Virus genome (UHGV): UHGV-0283667
From: a virus
DNA: 14,283 bases
Strand: one strand, 5' to 3'
In this document: in pieces, positions 1 to 6,911 of the stretch
Layout: each line of letters opens with the position of its first letter
Numbering within the stretch: position 1 is the first letter of the stretch
Notes under the pieces: generated by a model
The model's database searches: none
What the model was told of the DNA's origin: nothing
What the model saw: only the letters and a program-made list of their open reading frames with translations
Position numbers and translations under genes: made by a program

Positions 1-77
1 CCTGCGCCCACGTTATAGACGAACGAGTAAAGAGCGCCGCGCGTTGTTTCCGGTATATCGACTTTGATGTACGGGTT
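1..77 (-). pseudogene. Phage endolysin (T4-lysozyme-like, GH24) fragment; reading frame runs leftward out of the window and is cut off near position 77
   Basis: Reverse-complement translation of 1-77 gives ...[26 protein letters not shown], matching the conserved core of enterobacterial prophage lysozymes. Similarity stops near 77, where the + strand Rz frame begins. Confidence 0.55.
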
Positions 78-385
78 ATTACCGTGATAACGCAATCGCC
101 TACAAAGAGCAGCGCGATAACAAGGCCAGTGAACTGGAGAAGGCGAACGCTACCATCGCTGACATGCGGAAGCGTCAACGTGATGTAGCAGAACTCGACG
201 CAAGATACACAAAGGAGCTTGCTGATGCTAACGCGACTATCGAAAGTCTCCGTGCTGATGTTTCTGCTGGGCGTAAGCGCCTGCAAGTCGCCGCCACCTG
301 TGCAAAGTCAACGACCGGTCTCACAGAAAAGCCGCCCCGAGATGGTCGCCACCATATACGGCAGTTCTCAGGCTCAACTTTCTGA
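68..385 (+). pseudogene. Rz-like inner-membrane spanin (i-spanin) fragment lacking the N-terminal transmembrane segment and the native C-terminus
   Basis: Frame opens after the TGA at 65-67. Translation [80 protein letters not shown] is lambda Rz-like (about residues 25-103). After position 316 the frame reads a non-Rz tail ([22 protein letters not shown]) to the stop at 383-385. Confidence 0.7.
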
Positions 386-398
386 AAGGCTCGGGTGA
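225..398 (+). CDS. Rz1-like outer-membrane lipoprotein spanin (o-spanin), 57 aa, in the +1 frame of Rz
   Basis: Not in the ORF track (under 60 aa). RBS AGGAG at 213-217, ATG at 225. Translation [57 protein letters not shown] has a lipoprotein signal with lipobox Cys followed by a Pro-rich stretch, as in lambda Rz1. The C-terminal part lies in the inverted segment and may not be native. Confidence 0.5.
   Translation: MLTRLSKVSVLMFLLGVSACKSPPPVQSQRPVSQKSRPEMVATIYGSSQAQLSERLG
257..316. repeat. Left arm of a 60-bp inverted repeat (58/60 identical to the reverse complement of 641-700)
   Basis: Read directly: 257-316 equals the reverse complement of 641-700 except at 266/691 and 307/650. The match does not extend at either end. 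Confidence 0.9.
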
Positions 399-437
399 TG
401 TAATAGGCGCGTGAGATGCGCTGTGAAATTCAGATGT

Positions 438-464
438 AAAAAAAGCCCCGCATCGCGAGGCTCA
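438..464 (-). terminator. Rho-independent terminator on the minus strand, just downstream of the minus-strand Rz fragment
   Basis: Minus-strand sequence GAGCCTCGC-GAT-GCGGGGC followed by seven U: 7-bp GC-rich stem with one G-U pair. The stem sequence is nearly identical to the + strand terminator at 1201-1226. Confidence 0.6.
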
Positions 465-493
465 TTAAATGGACTTTGTGATTTGCAAAAAAA

Positions 494-775
494 TTATTTC
501 AGGCATTGCGTCCTGATGTATTCCTGCAGGTAGTTAACCTGCGCGGTTATCTTGTCGATTCCACTTCGGAGACGGTAATAATTGAGTTCAGCATCTGCTG
601 TAAGTCCTGGGCTTTCTCCATCGCCCATGCCGCTGGCTCTGGTCGTTGATTTTGCACAGGTGGCGGCGACTTGCAGGCGCTTACGCCCAGAAGAAACATC
701 GTTTGAGGTTAAGCATCTGGCGCGCGGTAAGTGGTTGCGTTGAAATAAGAGCCAGTCCATTACAAATTTCATCAA
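494..775 (-). pseudogene. Rz (i-spanin) C-terminal portion encoded on the minus strand, fused to an unrelated 25-aa N-terminal leader
   Basis: From the arm at 700 downward the translation [66 protein letters not shown] matches the lambda Rz C-terminus, including the ...YI..QC end. The first 25 residues are not Rz-like, and the start is TTG/ATG with no clear RBS. Confidence 0.65.
641..700. repeat. Right arm of the 60-bp inverted repeat
   Basis: Reverse complement of 257-316 with two mismatches. Confidence 0.9.
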
Positions 776-870
776 GCGTTATTGGTAAGGGTGATAATTA
801 TGAGATACCTCTTCACTAAGAGTAATCTTAAGGGTAATGTGTAACCTCACTTTTTAATACGGAGGTTGTA

Positions 871-1095
871 ATGTTAGAGAATTATTTCCCTTCAGGAATA
901 GGTGCTCAGCCTGTAACTCAAGCTCAAAAACAGAGGGTTATAGCTGTTCAAGCTGCCCTTGAATTAGTTAAGGCCTCACTTTCTTCTGCAGGTGGTCAGG
1001 CTACAAGTGCAAAATTTGAACAGGAATTAAAAGCAGCTATTGGCTTAATTGAACCATTAGCCGATGCCATTCAGAAAGCAATCAGCAAAGAATAA
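871..1095 (+). CDS. Hypothetical small protein (74 aa) in an AT-rich moron-like insert between the lysis and packaging modules
   Basis: RBS GGAGG at 861-865, ATG at 871. The 780-1200 region is visibly AT-rich compared with flanking phage genes. Protein is helical-looking and hydrophilic with no signal peptide or TM segment. Followed by the terminator at 1201-1226. Confidence 0.6.
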   Translation: MLENYFPSGIGAQPVTQAQKQRVIAVQAALELVKASLSSAGGQATSAKFEQELKAAIGLIEPLADAIQKAISKE

Positions 1096-1200
1096 ATAAA
1101 CCACCTGCATTTTGTTTTATTTCCCAACTAACGGGTGTAATAATCTTAATGTTTCCCGTGGATAGATAAGACAATAAGTATTCACCTTCAAGATATAAAC

Positions 1201-1226
1201 GAGCCTCGCTAATGCGAGGCTTTTTT
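1201..1226 (+). terminator. Rho-independent terminator
   Basis: GAGCCTCGC-TAAT-GCGAGGC followed by TTTTTT: perfect 7-bp stem, 4-nt loop, T-run. Confidence 0.8.
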
Positions 1227-1261
1227 ACGCATTGTAAGCGTGCACCAAAGAGGGGATATAA

Positions 1262-1612
1262 ATGCCACCACGAACCCCAAAAGCCTGCCGTTTTCGCGGT
1301 TGCCGCAATACCACGACTGATCCGTCAGGCTATTGCGAAAGCCACAAAAGCGAGGGCTGGAAGCAATACAAGCCAGGACAATCCCGTCATCAGCGCGGTT
1401 ATGGTTCGAAGTGGGACAGTATCCGCGCGGGTGTCCTGAAGCGTGACAAAGGCCTGTGTCAGTTATGTCTGCGTGCTGGTGTGGTGCGTGAGGCGAAAAC
1501 CGTTGACCACATCATCCCTAAAGCGCATGGCGGCACTGATGCCGACTGTAATCTGCAGAGTCTGTGCTGGCCGTGTCATAAGGCGAAGACGGCCCGTGAA
1601 CGACTTAAGTGA
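1262..1612 (+). CDS. HNH endonuclease (phage packaging-associated)
   Basis: RBS GAGGGG about 6 nt upstream of ATG 1262. Cys-rich N-terminus and HNH motif ...VDHIIPKAHGG...NLQSLCWPCHKAKT. Position immediately upstream of terminase small subunit is typical of HK97-like phages. Confidence 0.9.
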   Translation: MPPRTPKACRFRGCRNTTTDPSGYCESHKSEGWKQYKPGQSRHQRGYGSKWDSIRAGVLKRDKGLCQLCLRAGVVREAKTVDHIIPKAHGGTDADCNLQSLCWPCHKAKTARERLK

Positions 1613-1638
1613 TAATAATTCTCAACTGTCTGAGGGGA

Positions 1639-1698
1639 GGGGCGGGTCAAATCTCTGTGACCTGACGTCTTCCGGACTGCCCGCCCCATCGTTTTTTT
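1639..1698. other. Candidate cos/packaging-signal region: 8-bp GC inverted repeat around a 32-bp spacer, then a T7 run
   Basis: GGGGCGGG at 1639-1646 and CCCGCCCC at 1680-1687, followed by the T-run at 1692-1698. Lies between the HNH and terminase small subunit genes, where HK97-like phages place cos. The cleavage site cannot be determined from sequence alone. Confidence 0.3.
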
Positions 1699-1737
1699 AT
1701 ACCCGCGAAAAATGAAATTTAACCAGGAGTGCCGCAT

Positions 1738-2232
1738 ATGGCTGGAACGGCGGGGCGTTCCGGGCGTCGCCCCAAGCCAACGGCGCGCAAGGCGCTGGCC
1801 GGAAACCCCGGCAAGCGAGCCCTGAATAAAGATGAACCCGTTTTTACGCCCATCAAAGGTGTTGAGCCACCGGAGTGGTTCGCTGAAGAAGAGCTCCCTC
1901 TCGCCACGATCATGTGGCAACTGACAACCAAAGAACTCTGTGGTCAGGGCCTGCTGTGCGTGACTGACCTCGCAGTGCTTGAGCGGTGGTGCGTAGCCTA
2001 TGAGTTCTGGCGACGTGCTGTGAAAAATATTGCCAGCCAGGGCAACACCATCACCGGTGCAATGGGCGGCATGGTCAAAAATCCGGAGCTGACCGCCAAA
2101 AAAGAACAGGAGTCCGAGATGAGCAGTACGGGGGCAATGCTCGGACTCGACCCCAGCAGCCGCCAGCGTCTGATTGGCCTGGCGGGGCAGAAGAAAGCCA
2201 CTAACCCGTTTCTGAAAATTATCGAATCATGA
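1738..2232 (+). CDS. Terminase small subunit (P27-family-like)
   Basis: RBS AGGAG at 1725-1729, ATG at 1738 (the ORF track begins at an upstream GTG, 1729). About 164 aa with a basic N-terminus. The stop overlaps the terminase large subunit start (ATGA at 2229-2232). Confidence 0.85.
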   Translation: MAGTAGRSGRRPKPTARKALAGNPGKRALNKDEPVFTPIKGVEPPEWFAEEELPLATIMWQLTTKELCGQGLLCVTDLAVLERWCVAYEFWRRAVKNIASQGNTITGAMGGMVKNPELTAKKEQESEMSSTGAMLGLDPSSRQRLIGLAGQKKATNPFLKIIES

Positions 2233-3110
2233 GCCGGAAATCTTACCCCAACGTAAATGCAGCAAATCAGTATGCCCGGGATGTCGTGCGCGGAAAGATT
2301 GTTGCCTGCCAGTTTGTGATTCAGGCCTGCCAGCGCCATCTTGATGACCTGATGGCGGAAAAAAGTAAGTCGTTTCGTTACCGCTTCGACAAGGACCTGG
2401 CTGAACGGGCCGCCAAATTTATTCAGCTGTTGCCGCACACCAAGGGTGAGTGGGCATTTAAACGGATGCCCATCACGCTGGAGCCGTGGCAGCTATTTGT
2501 GATCTGCTGTGCGTTTGGCTGGGTCAATAAAGGCACCCGGTTGCGCCGCTTCCGGGAGGTGTATACCGAAATTCCCCGTAAGAACGGCAAATCGGCAATC
2601 TCTGCCGGTGTTGCCCTGTATTGTTTTGCCTGTGATAACGAGTTCGGCGCGGAAGTGTATTCCGGTGCCACGACGGAGAAACAGGCATGGGAAGTCTTTC
2701 GTCCGGCACGACTGATGTGTAAACGCACACCCATGCTGACGGAAGCGTTCGGGATTGAGGTTAACGCCTCAAACATGAACCGTCCGGAGGATGGTGCGCG
2801 GTTTGAACCGCTGATCGGTAACCCCGGTGATGGTTCATCACCCCACTGTGCCGTGGTGGATGAATATCACGAGCACGCCACAGATGCGCTTTACACCACG
2901 ATGCTTACCGGGATGGGGGCGCGACGCCAGCCACTGACCTCGAACTGCTCAAGAGTCAGTGATTTATCCTCGCAGCTCTGCCAGCTCACCAGGTTGAAAT
3001 ACGCCGAACGCGCCGACACCCAGATATTGAGGTGTTTTGTTTTAAAGACGTTTGCCAGACGGGCGTTATTTTTCGCACGTTGCTGCTGGCTTAACAAAAA
3101 CTCGCGATAA
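2229..3110 (+). CDS. Terminase large subunit, N-terminal ATPase part; family similarity ends near 2938 and the rest of the ORF is out-of-sense read-through
   Basis: Walker A-like IPRKNGKS and Walker B-like AVVDEYHEH, then ...[11 protein letters not shown]. From about 2939 the + frame reads junk ([13 protein letters not shown]...) to the stop at 3108-3110. Confidence 0.8.
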
Positions 3111-3200
3111 ACCGACACACCGATATTCGGGTTAGCTTTTTCAAGTACCTGCGGGTCGGTCCAGTCGTCGCCTTCGTCAACGGTATAGATGATCCTGGCC
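2939..3200 (-). other. Internal terminase large subunit segment in inverted orientation (sense on the minus strand)
   Basis: Minus-strand translation [87 protein letters not shown] carries the terminase signature DDW.DP...KANPN...FKTKHLN.W. It lies exactly between the N- and C-terminal + strand parts, which share one reading frame. Confidence 0.75.
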
Positions 3201-3749
3201 CCGCGTTTCTGGGTACCGTATGACACGGTGTATAGCGTCGAGAAAAATGAAGATCGCCGGACAGCCGAACGCTTTCAGAAATGGGTGGAAATGGGCGTCC
3301 TGACCGTTACCGATGGTGCAGAGGTGGATTATCGCTACATCCTCGAAGAGGCCAAAGCGGCGAACAAAATCAGCCCGGTCAGCGAGTCACCCATCGACCC
3401 CTTCGGGGCGACCGGGTTGTCACATGACCTTGCTGATGAAGACCTGAACCCCGTCACCATCATTCAGAACTACACCAACATGTCCGACCCGATGAAAGAG
3501 CTGGAAGCGGCAATTGAATCGGGGCGCTTTCATCATGATGGCAATCCCATCATGACCTGGTGTATCGGCAACGTGGTCGGAAAAACCATTCCGGGTAACG
3601 ATGATGTGGTGAAACCCGTCAAAGAGCAGGCGGAAAACAAAATCGATGGTGCAGTTGCGCTGATTATGGCGGTTGGCAGAGCCATGCTGTACGAGAAAGA
3701 AGACACGCTGTCTGACCACATTGAGTCCTACGGGATCCGCTCGCTTTAA
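3189..3749 (+). CDS. Terminase large subunit, C-terminal nuclease part (family similarity from about 3201)
   Basis: ...[20 protein letters not shown]...[18 protein letters not shown]...[16 protein letters not shown] is typical of the Terminase_1 C-terminal nuclease domain. Same frame (0) as the N-terminal part. Confidence 0.8.
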
Positions 3750-3829
3750 CTGAGGTAATTATGATCATGCTGATTCTCGCGCCTCTGGTAGGCGTGCTGG
3801 GGGCGCTTTTGCTGGCGTATGGTGTTCAG

Positions 3830-3937
3830 GCTGCCGTTCAGGTGATACAGATTGCAGGGCAACATCCCGACCGACTCTGCCAGCACCCTGACGCAGGAAA
3901 AAACCGCCGTCAGTCGCATGGCCCGCTGGCTGCTGAT
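3830..3937 (-). other. Portal protein N-terminal conserved segment in inverted orientation
   Basis: Minus-strand translation ISSQRAMRLTAVFSCVRVLAESVGMLPCNLYHLNGS matches the N-terminal conserved helix of HK97-family portals, but lies on the strand opposite the portal body. Confidence 0.65.
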
Positions 3938-3953
3938 CTGCTTTCCGGTATAG

Positions 3954-4814
3954 GTGTCATATGACACTGGCTGTGTGGTACCGAAGCTTAACAGTAGCTG
4001 GGAGCCGGTCTATCAGGTCACATTCCCGGACGGCTCCACGGATGTGCTGACCCAGGAGGATATCTGGCATGTGCGCACGCTGACGCTGGACGGTCTGGTG
4101 GGACTGAATCCCATCGCCTATGCCCGCGAGGCAATATCGCTGGCAGCAGCGACTGAAGAGCACGGTGCCAGACTGTTCAGCAATGGCGCGGTGACGTCCG
4201 GTGTGTTGCGTACAGAACAGACGCTGTCGGATCAGGCTTATGAGCGCCTGAAGAAAGATTTTGAGGAGCGTCACACCGGGCTTGGCAATGCTCACCGCCC
4301 GATGATCCTTGAGATGGGGCTGGACTGGAAGTCGATGGCGCTGAACGCCGAGGACAGCCAGTTCCTGGAAACCCGCAAGTTTCAGCTTGAAGAAATCTGT
4401 CGTCTGTTCCGTGTGCCCTTGCACATGGTGCAGAACACCGATCGCGCCACCTTCAACAATATCGAAGAGCTGGGGCTGGGATTTATCAACTATTCACTGG
4501 TGCCGTATCTGACCCGTATTGAGCAGCGGATCAACACCGGACTGGTACGAAAAAGTAAGCAGGGCGTTTATTACGCCAAATTTAACGCCGGGGCGTTACT
4601 GCGCGGGGATATGAAGTCCCGTTTTGAAGCCTACGCCACCGGGATCAACTGGGGAATTTACTCTCCCAATGACTGCCGCGACCTGGAAGATATGAATCCG
4701 CGTCCCGGTGGTGATGTCTATCTCACACCGATGAACATGACCACGAAACCCTCCGATGGTAGTAAAGCCGGTAAGCAGAAGGATAACGCCAATGCAGACG
4801 AAACAACGTCTTGA
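3954..4814 (+). CDS. Portal protein (HK97 family), body and C-terminus; N-terminal region missing from this strand
   Basis: ...EPVYQVTFPDGSTDVL...LVGLNPIAYAREAISLAAATEEHGARLFSNGAVTSGVL...FLETRKFQLEEICRLFRVPLHMVQ...GGDVYLTPMNM is portal-like. The ORF opens at GTG 3954 inside a 14-bp palindrome, with a frame-0 stop at 3951-3953 immediately upstream. Confidence 0.85.
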   Translation: MSYDTGCVVPKLNSSWEPVYQVTFPDGSTDVLTQEDIWHVRTLTLDGLVGLNPIAYAREAISLAAATEEHGARLFSNGAVTSGVLRTEQTLSDQAYERLKKDFEERHTGLGNAHRPMILEMGLDWKSMALNAEDSQFLETRKFQLEEICRLFRVPLHMVQNTDRATFNNIEELGLGFINYSLVPYLTRIEQRINTGLVRKSKQGVYYAKFNAGALLRGDMKSRFEAYATGINWGIYSPNDCRDLEDMNPRPGGDVYLTPMNMTTKPSDGSKAGKQKDNANADETTS

Positions 4815-5442
4815 TGTACCGCTGAGTCTGAAATCTGTCAGTGACTCCGGTGAGTTTGAAGGGTATGGCTCCGTCTTTGGTGTAAAGGACAGCCACGATG
4901 ATGTGGTGATGTCCGGGGCATTTGCTGCTTCCCTGCGGGCGTGGAGTGACAGAAAAACGTTACCTGCGCTGCTCTGGCAGCACCGCATGGATGAACCCAT
5001 CGGTGTTTACACCGAAATGAAGGAAGACGATGTCGGGCTTTACGTCAGGGGACGGTTGCTCATTGATGATGATCCCCTCGCAAAACGCGCACATGCACAC
5101 ATGAAGGCCGGTTCGTTAACCGGCCTTTCTATTGGGTACGTCCTGAAAGACTGGGAATACGACCGGAGCAAAGAAGCCTTTCTGTTGAAAGAAATCGACC
5201 TCTGGGAAGTCAGTCTGGTGACGTTCCCGTCTAACGACGAGGCGCGGATCAGCAACGTCAAGAACGCGCTGGCCCGCGGGGAAATCCCCGAACAGAAAAA
5301 AATCGAAAGAGTCCTGCGTGATGTCGGACTCTCCCGTACCCAGGCCAAAGCATTCATGGCCGGGGGCTATGGCGCACTGTCCCTGCGCGACGCTGAGGAT
5401 GTGGGCTCTGCACTGAATGCACTTAAAAATCTGAACTTCTAA
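4792..5442 (+). CDS. Prohead maturation protease (HK97 family)
   Basis: RBS AAGGA at 4779-4783, ATG at 4792 (track start 4756 has no RBS). Overlaps the portal 3' end. HK97-protease-like sequence. Confidence 0.85.
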   Translation: MQTKQRLDVPLSLKSVSDSGEFEGYGSVFGVKDSHDDVVMSGAFAASLRAWSDRKTLPALLWQHRMDEPIGVYTEMKEDDVGLYVRGRLLIDDDPLAKRAHAHMKAGSLTGLSIGYVLKDWEYDRSKEAFLLKEIDLWEVSLVTFPSNDEARISNVKNALARGEIPEQKKIERVLRDVGLSRTQAKAFMAGGYGALSLRDAEDVGSALNALKNLNF

Positions 5443-5456
5443 TCAGGAGAAATACG

Positions 5457-6662
5457 ATGGCGGTTGATATTAAAGATGTGGAACAGGTCGCGCAGGAGCT
5501 GCAGCAGAAGTTTGACGACTTCAGGGCAAAGAACGACAAGCGCGTGGATGCGATTGAGCAGGAAAAAGGCAAACTTGCCGGGCAGGTGGAAACCCTGAAC
5601 GGGAAACTCAGCGAGCTGGAAAATCTCAAAAGCGACCTTGAAAAAGAGCTGCTTGAGCTGAAACGTCCGGCAGGTGGTGCGCAAAATAAACTGGCCACAG
5701 AGCACAAAGAGGCGTTTGTGGGCTTTCTGCGTAAAGGCCGTGAAGACGGTCTGCGCGATCTGGAGCGCAAGGCATTGCAGGTGGGCACTGATGAAGACGG
5801 TGGCTATGCCGTGCCGGAAGCACTGGATCGCAACATTCTCACCCTGCTGAAAGATGAAGTGGTGATGCGCCAGGAAGCCACGGTGATCACTGTTGGCGGT
5901 TCCGACTACAAAAAACTGGTGAATCTGGGCGGCACGGCTTCCGGATGGGTGGGCGAGACTGACGCGCGCTCCCAGACTGCCACCTCAAAACTGGGACTGA
6001 TTGAACCTTTCATGGGGGAAATCTACGGTAACCCGCAGGCCACTCAGAAAATGCTGGATGATGCCTTCTTCAACGTGGAGGCCTGGATCAACAGCGAGCT
6101 GGCGACCGAATTTGCCGAACAGGAAGAAATTGCCTTTACCACCGGTGATGGCACTAAGAAGCCAAAAGGGTTCCTGGCGTATGAATCCACCGATGAAACC
6201 GATAAGGTTCGTGCGTTCGGTAAACTTCAGCATATTGTATCCGGTGAAGCGACGACGGTGACCGCAGACGCCATTATCAAACTGATTTACACGCTGCGTA
6301 AGGCACACCGCACTGGCGCGAAGTTCATGATGAACAACAACAGCCTGTTTGCCATCCGTCTGCTGAAAGACACCGAGGGTAACTATCTGTGGCGTCCGGG
6401 GCTGGAGCTGGGGCAACCGTCCTCTCTGGCGGGTTACGGTATCGCTGAAAACGAACAGATGCCGGATATCGCCGCTGATGCGAAAGCTATTGCATTTGGT
6501 AACTTCAAACGGGGTTACACCATCGTTGACCGTATCGGTACCCGCATTCTGCGTGATCCGTACACCAATAAACCGTTTGTCGGTTTTTATACCACCAAGC
6601 GCACCGGCGGCATGCTGGTCGATTCGCAGGCCATCAAACTGCTGAAGATTGCAGCGGCGTAG
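5457..6662 (+). CDS. Major capsid protein (HK97 fold) with N-terminal coiled-coil delta/scaffold domain
   Basis: RBS AGGAG at 5443-5447. The first ~100 aa are a charged coiled coil (KLSELENLKSDLEKELLELK), followed by a capsid domain of HK97-like length (401 aa total). Confidence 0.9.
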   Translation: MAVDIKDVEQVAQELQQKFDDFRAKNDKRVDAIEQEKGKLAGQVETLNGKLSELENLKSDLEKELLELKRPAGGAQNKLATEHKEAFVGFLRKGREDGLRDLERKALQVGTDEDGGYAVPEALDRNILTLLKDEVVMRQEATVITVGGSDYKKLVNLGGTASGWVGETDARSQTATSKLGLIEPFMGEIYGNPQATQKMLDDAFFNVEAWINSELATEFAEQEEIAFTTGDGTKKPKGFLAYESTDETDKVRAFGKLQHIVSGEATTVTADAIIKLIYTLRKAHRTGAKFMMNNNSLFAIRLLKDTEGNYLWRPGLELGQPSSLAGYGIAENEQMPDIAADAKAIAFGNFKRGYTIVDRIGTRILRDPYTNKPFVGFYTTKRTGGMLVDSQAIKLLKIAAA

Positions 6663-6670
6663 TCATTCAG

Positions 6671-6688
6671 GGGCGCTGAATTGCGCCC
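6671..6688 (+). terminator. GC-rich stem-loop directly after the major capsid gene; possible partial terminator or mRNA stabiliser
   Basis: GGGCGC-TGAATT-GCGCCC, followed by TTGTTCT (weak U tract). Confidence 0.35.
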
Positions 6689-6711
6689 TTGTTCTGACAG
6701 GTGAAAGAATC

Positions 6712-6900
6712 ATGATCCTGAAACAAGATCTGAAATGGTCACCGGACGGTATGCGCGTTGAGATCATTCGTGCTGGTGAGTATGAAGATAAAGAATTACC
6801 CGAACGGGTACGTGAAATTGCCACTGCAGCAGGGATTGTTTCTGATAAGAGAACACCTGTTGCACGGGTATCTGATAAGGCTAAAAAACAGCATTCATAG
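6712..6900 (+). CDS. Hypothetical small protein (62 aa) between capsid and connector genes
   Basis: ATG at 6712 in frame with track ORF 6649..6900. Hydrophilic, no recognisable family. Lower GC than neighbours. Confidence 0.45.
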   Translation: MILKQDLKWSPDGMRVEIIRAGEYEDKELPERVREIATAAGIVSDKRTPVARVSDKAKKQHS

Positions 6901-6911
6901 AGGTAGCCCAA

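Noticed and set aside
257-700. Programmed invertible switch of the Gin/Cin/shufflon type controlling spanin C-termini
   Set aside because: Not rejected outright, but downgraded. Known phage invertases use short crossover sites of about 26-34 bp next to a recombinase gene and act on tail-fibre genes. Here the repeat is 60 bp of coding sequence, no recombinase is present, and the alternative C-termini in the present orientation do not look like conserved protein. A single homologous-recombination inversion or an artefact is more parsimonious.
1576-2438. Minus-strand ORFs 1576..1920, 1719..1931 and 1998..2438 overlapping the HNH and terminase small subunit genes
   Set aside because: They are antisense to well-supported + strand genes, have biased low-complexity composition, and lack credible start signals.
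2891-3226. 111-aa minus-strand ORF that might be an independent antisense gene inside the terminase gene
   Set aside because: Its sequence is the missing middle of the terminase large subunit and both of its ends are out-of-sense read-through. It is an inverted gene segment, not a separate gene.
3761-3964. 67-aa hydrophobic + strand ORF with a good RBS right after the terminase stop, possibly a small membrane protein
   Set aside because: Most of it is antisense to the conserved portal N-terminal segment on the minus strand (3830-3937) and it ends inside the junction palindrome. It is most likely a by-product of the rearrangement, with the RBS being the original portal RBS.
5423-6416. Minus-strand and alternative-frame ORFs inside the protease and major capsid genes (5423..5788, 5439..5705, 5985..6416, 6001..6261)
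   Set aside because: They lie in shadow frames of strongly supported genes, with Ser/Arg/Cys-rich junk-like translations.
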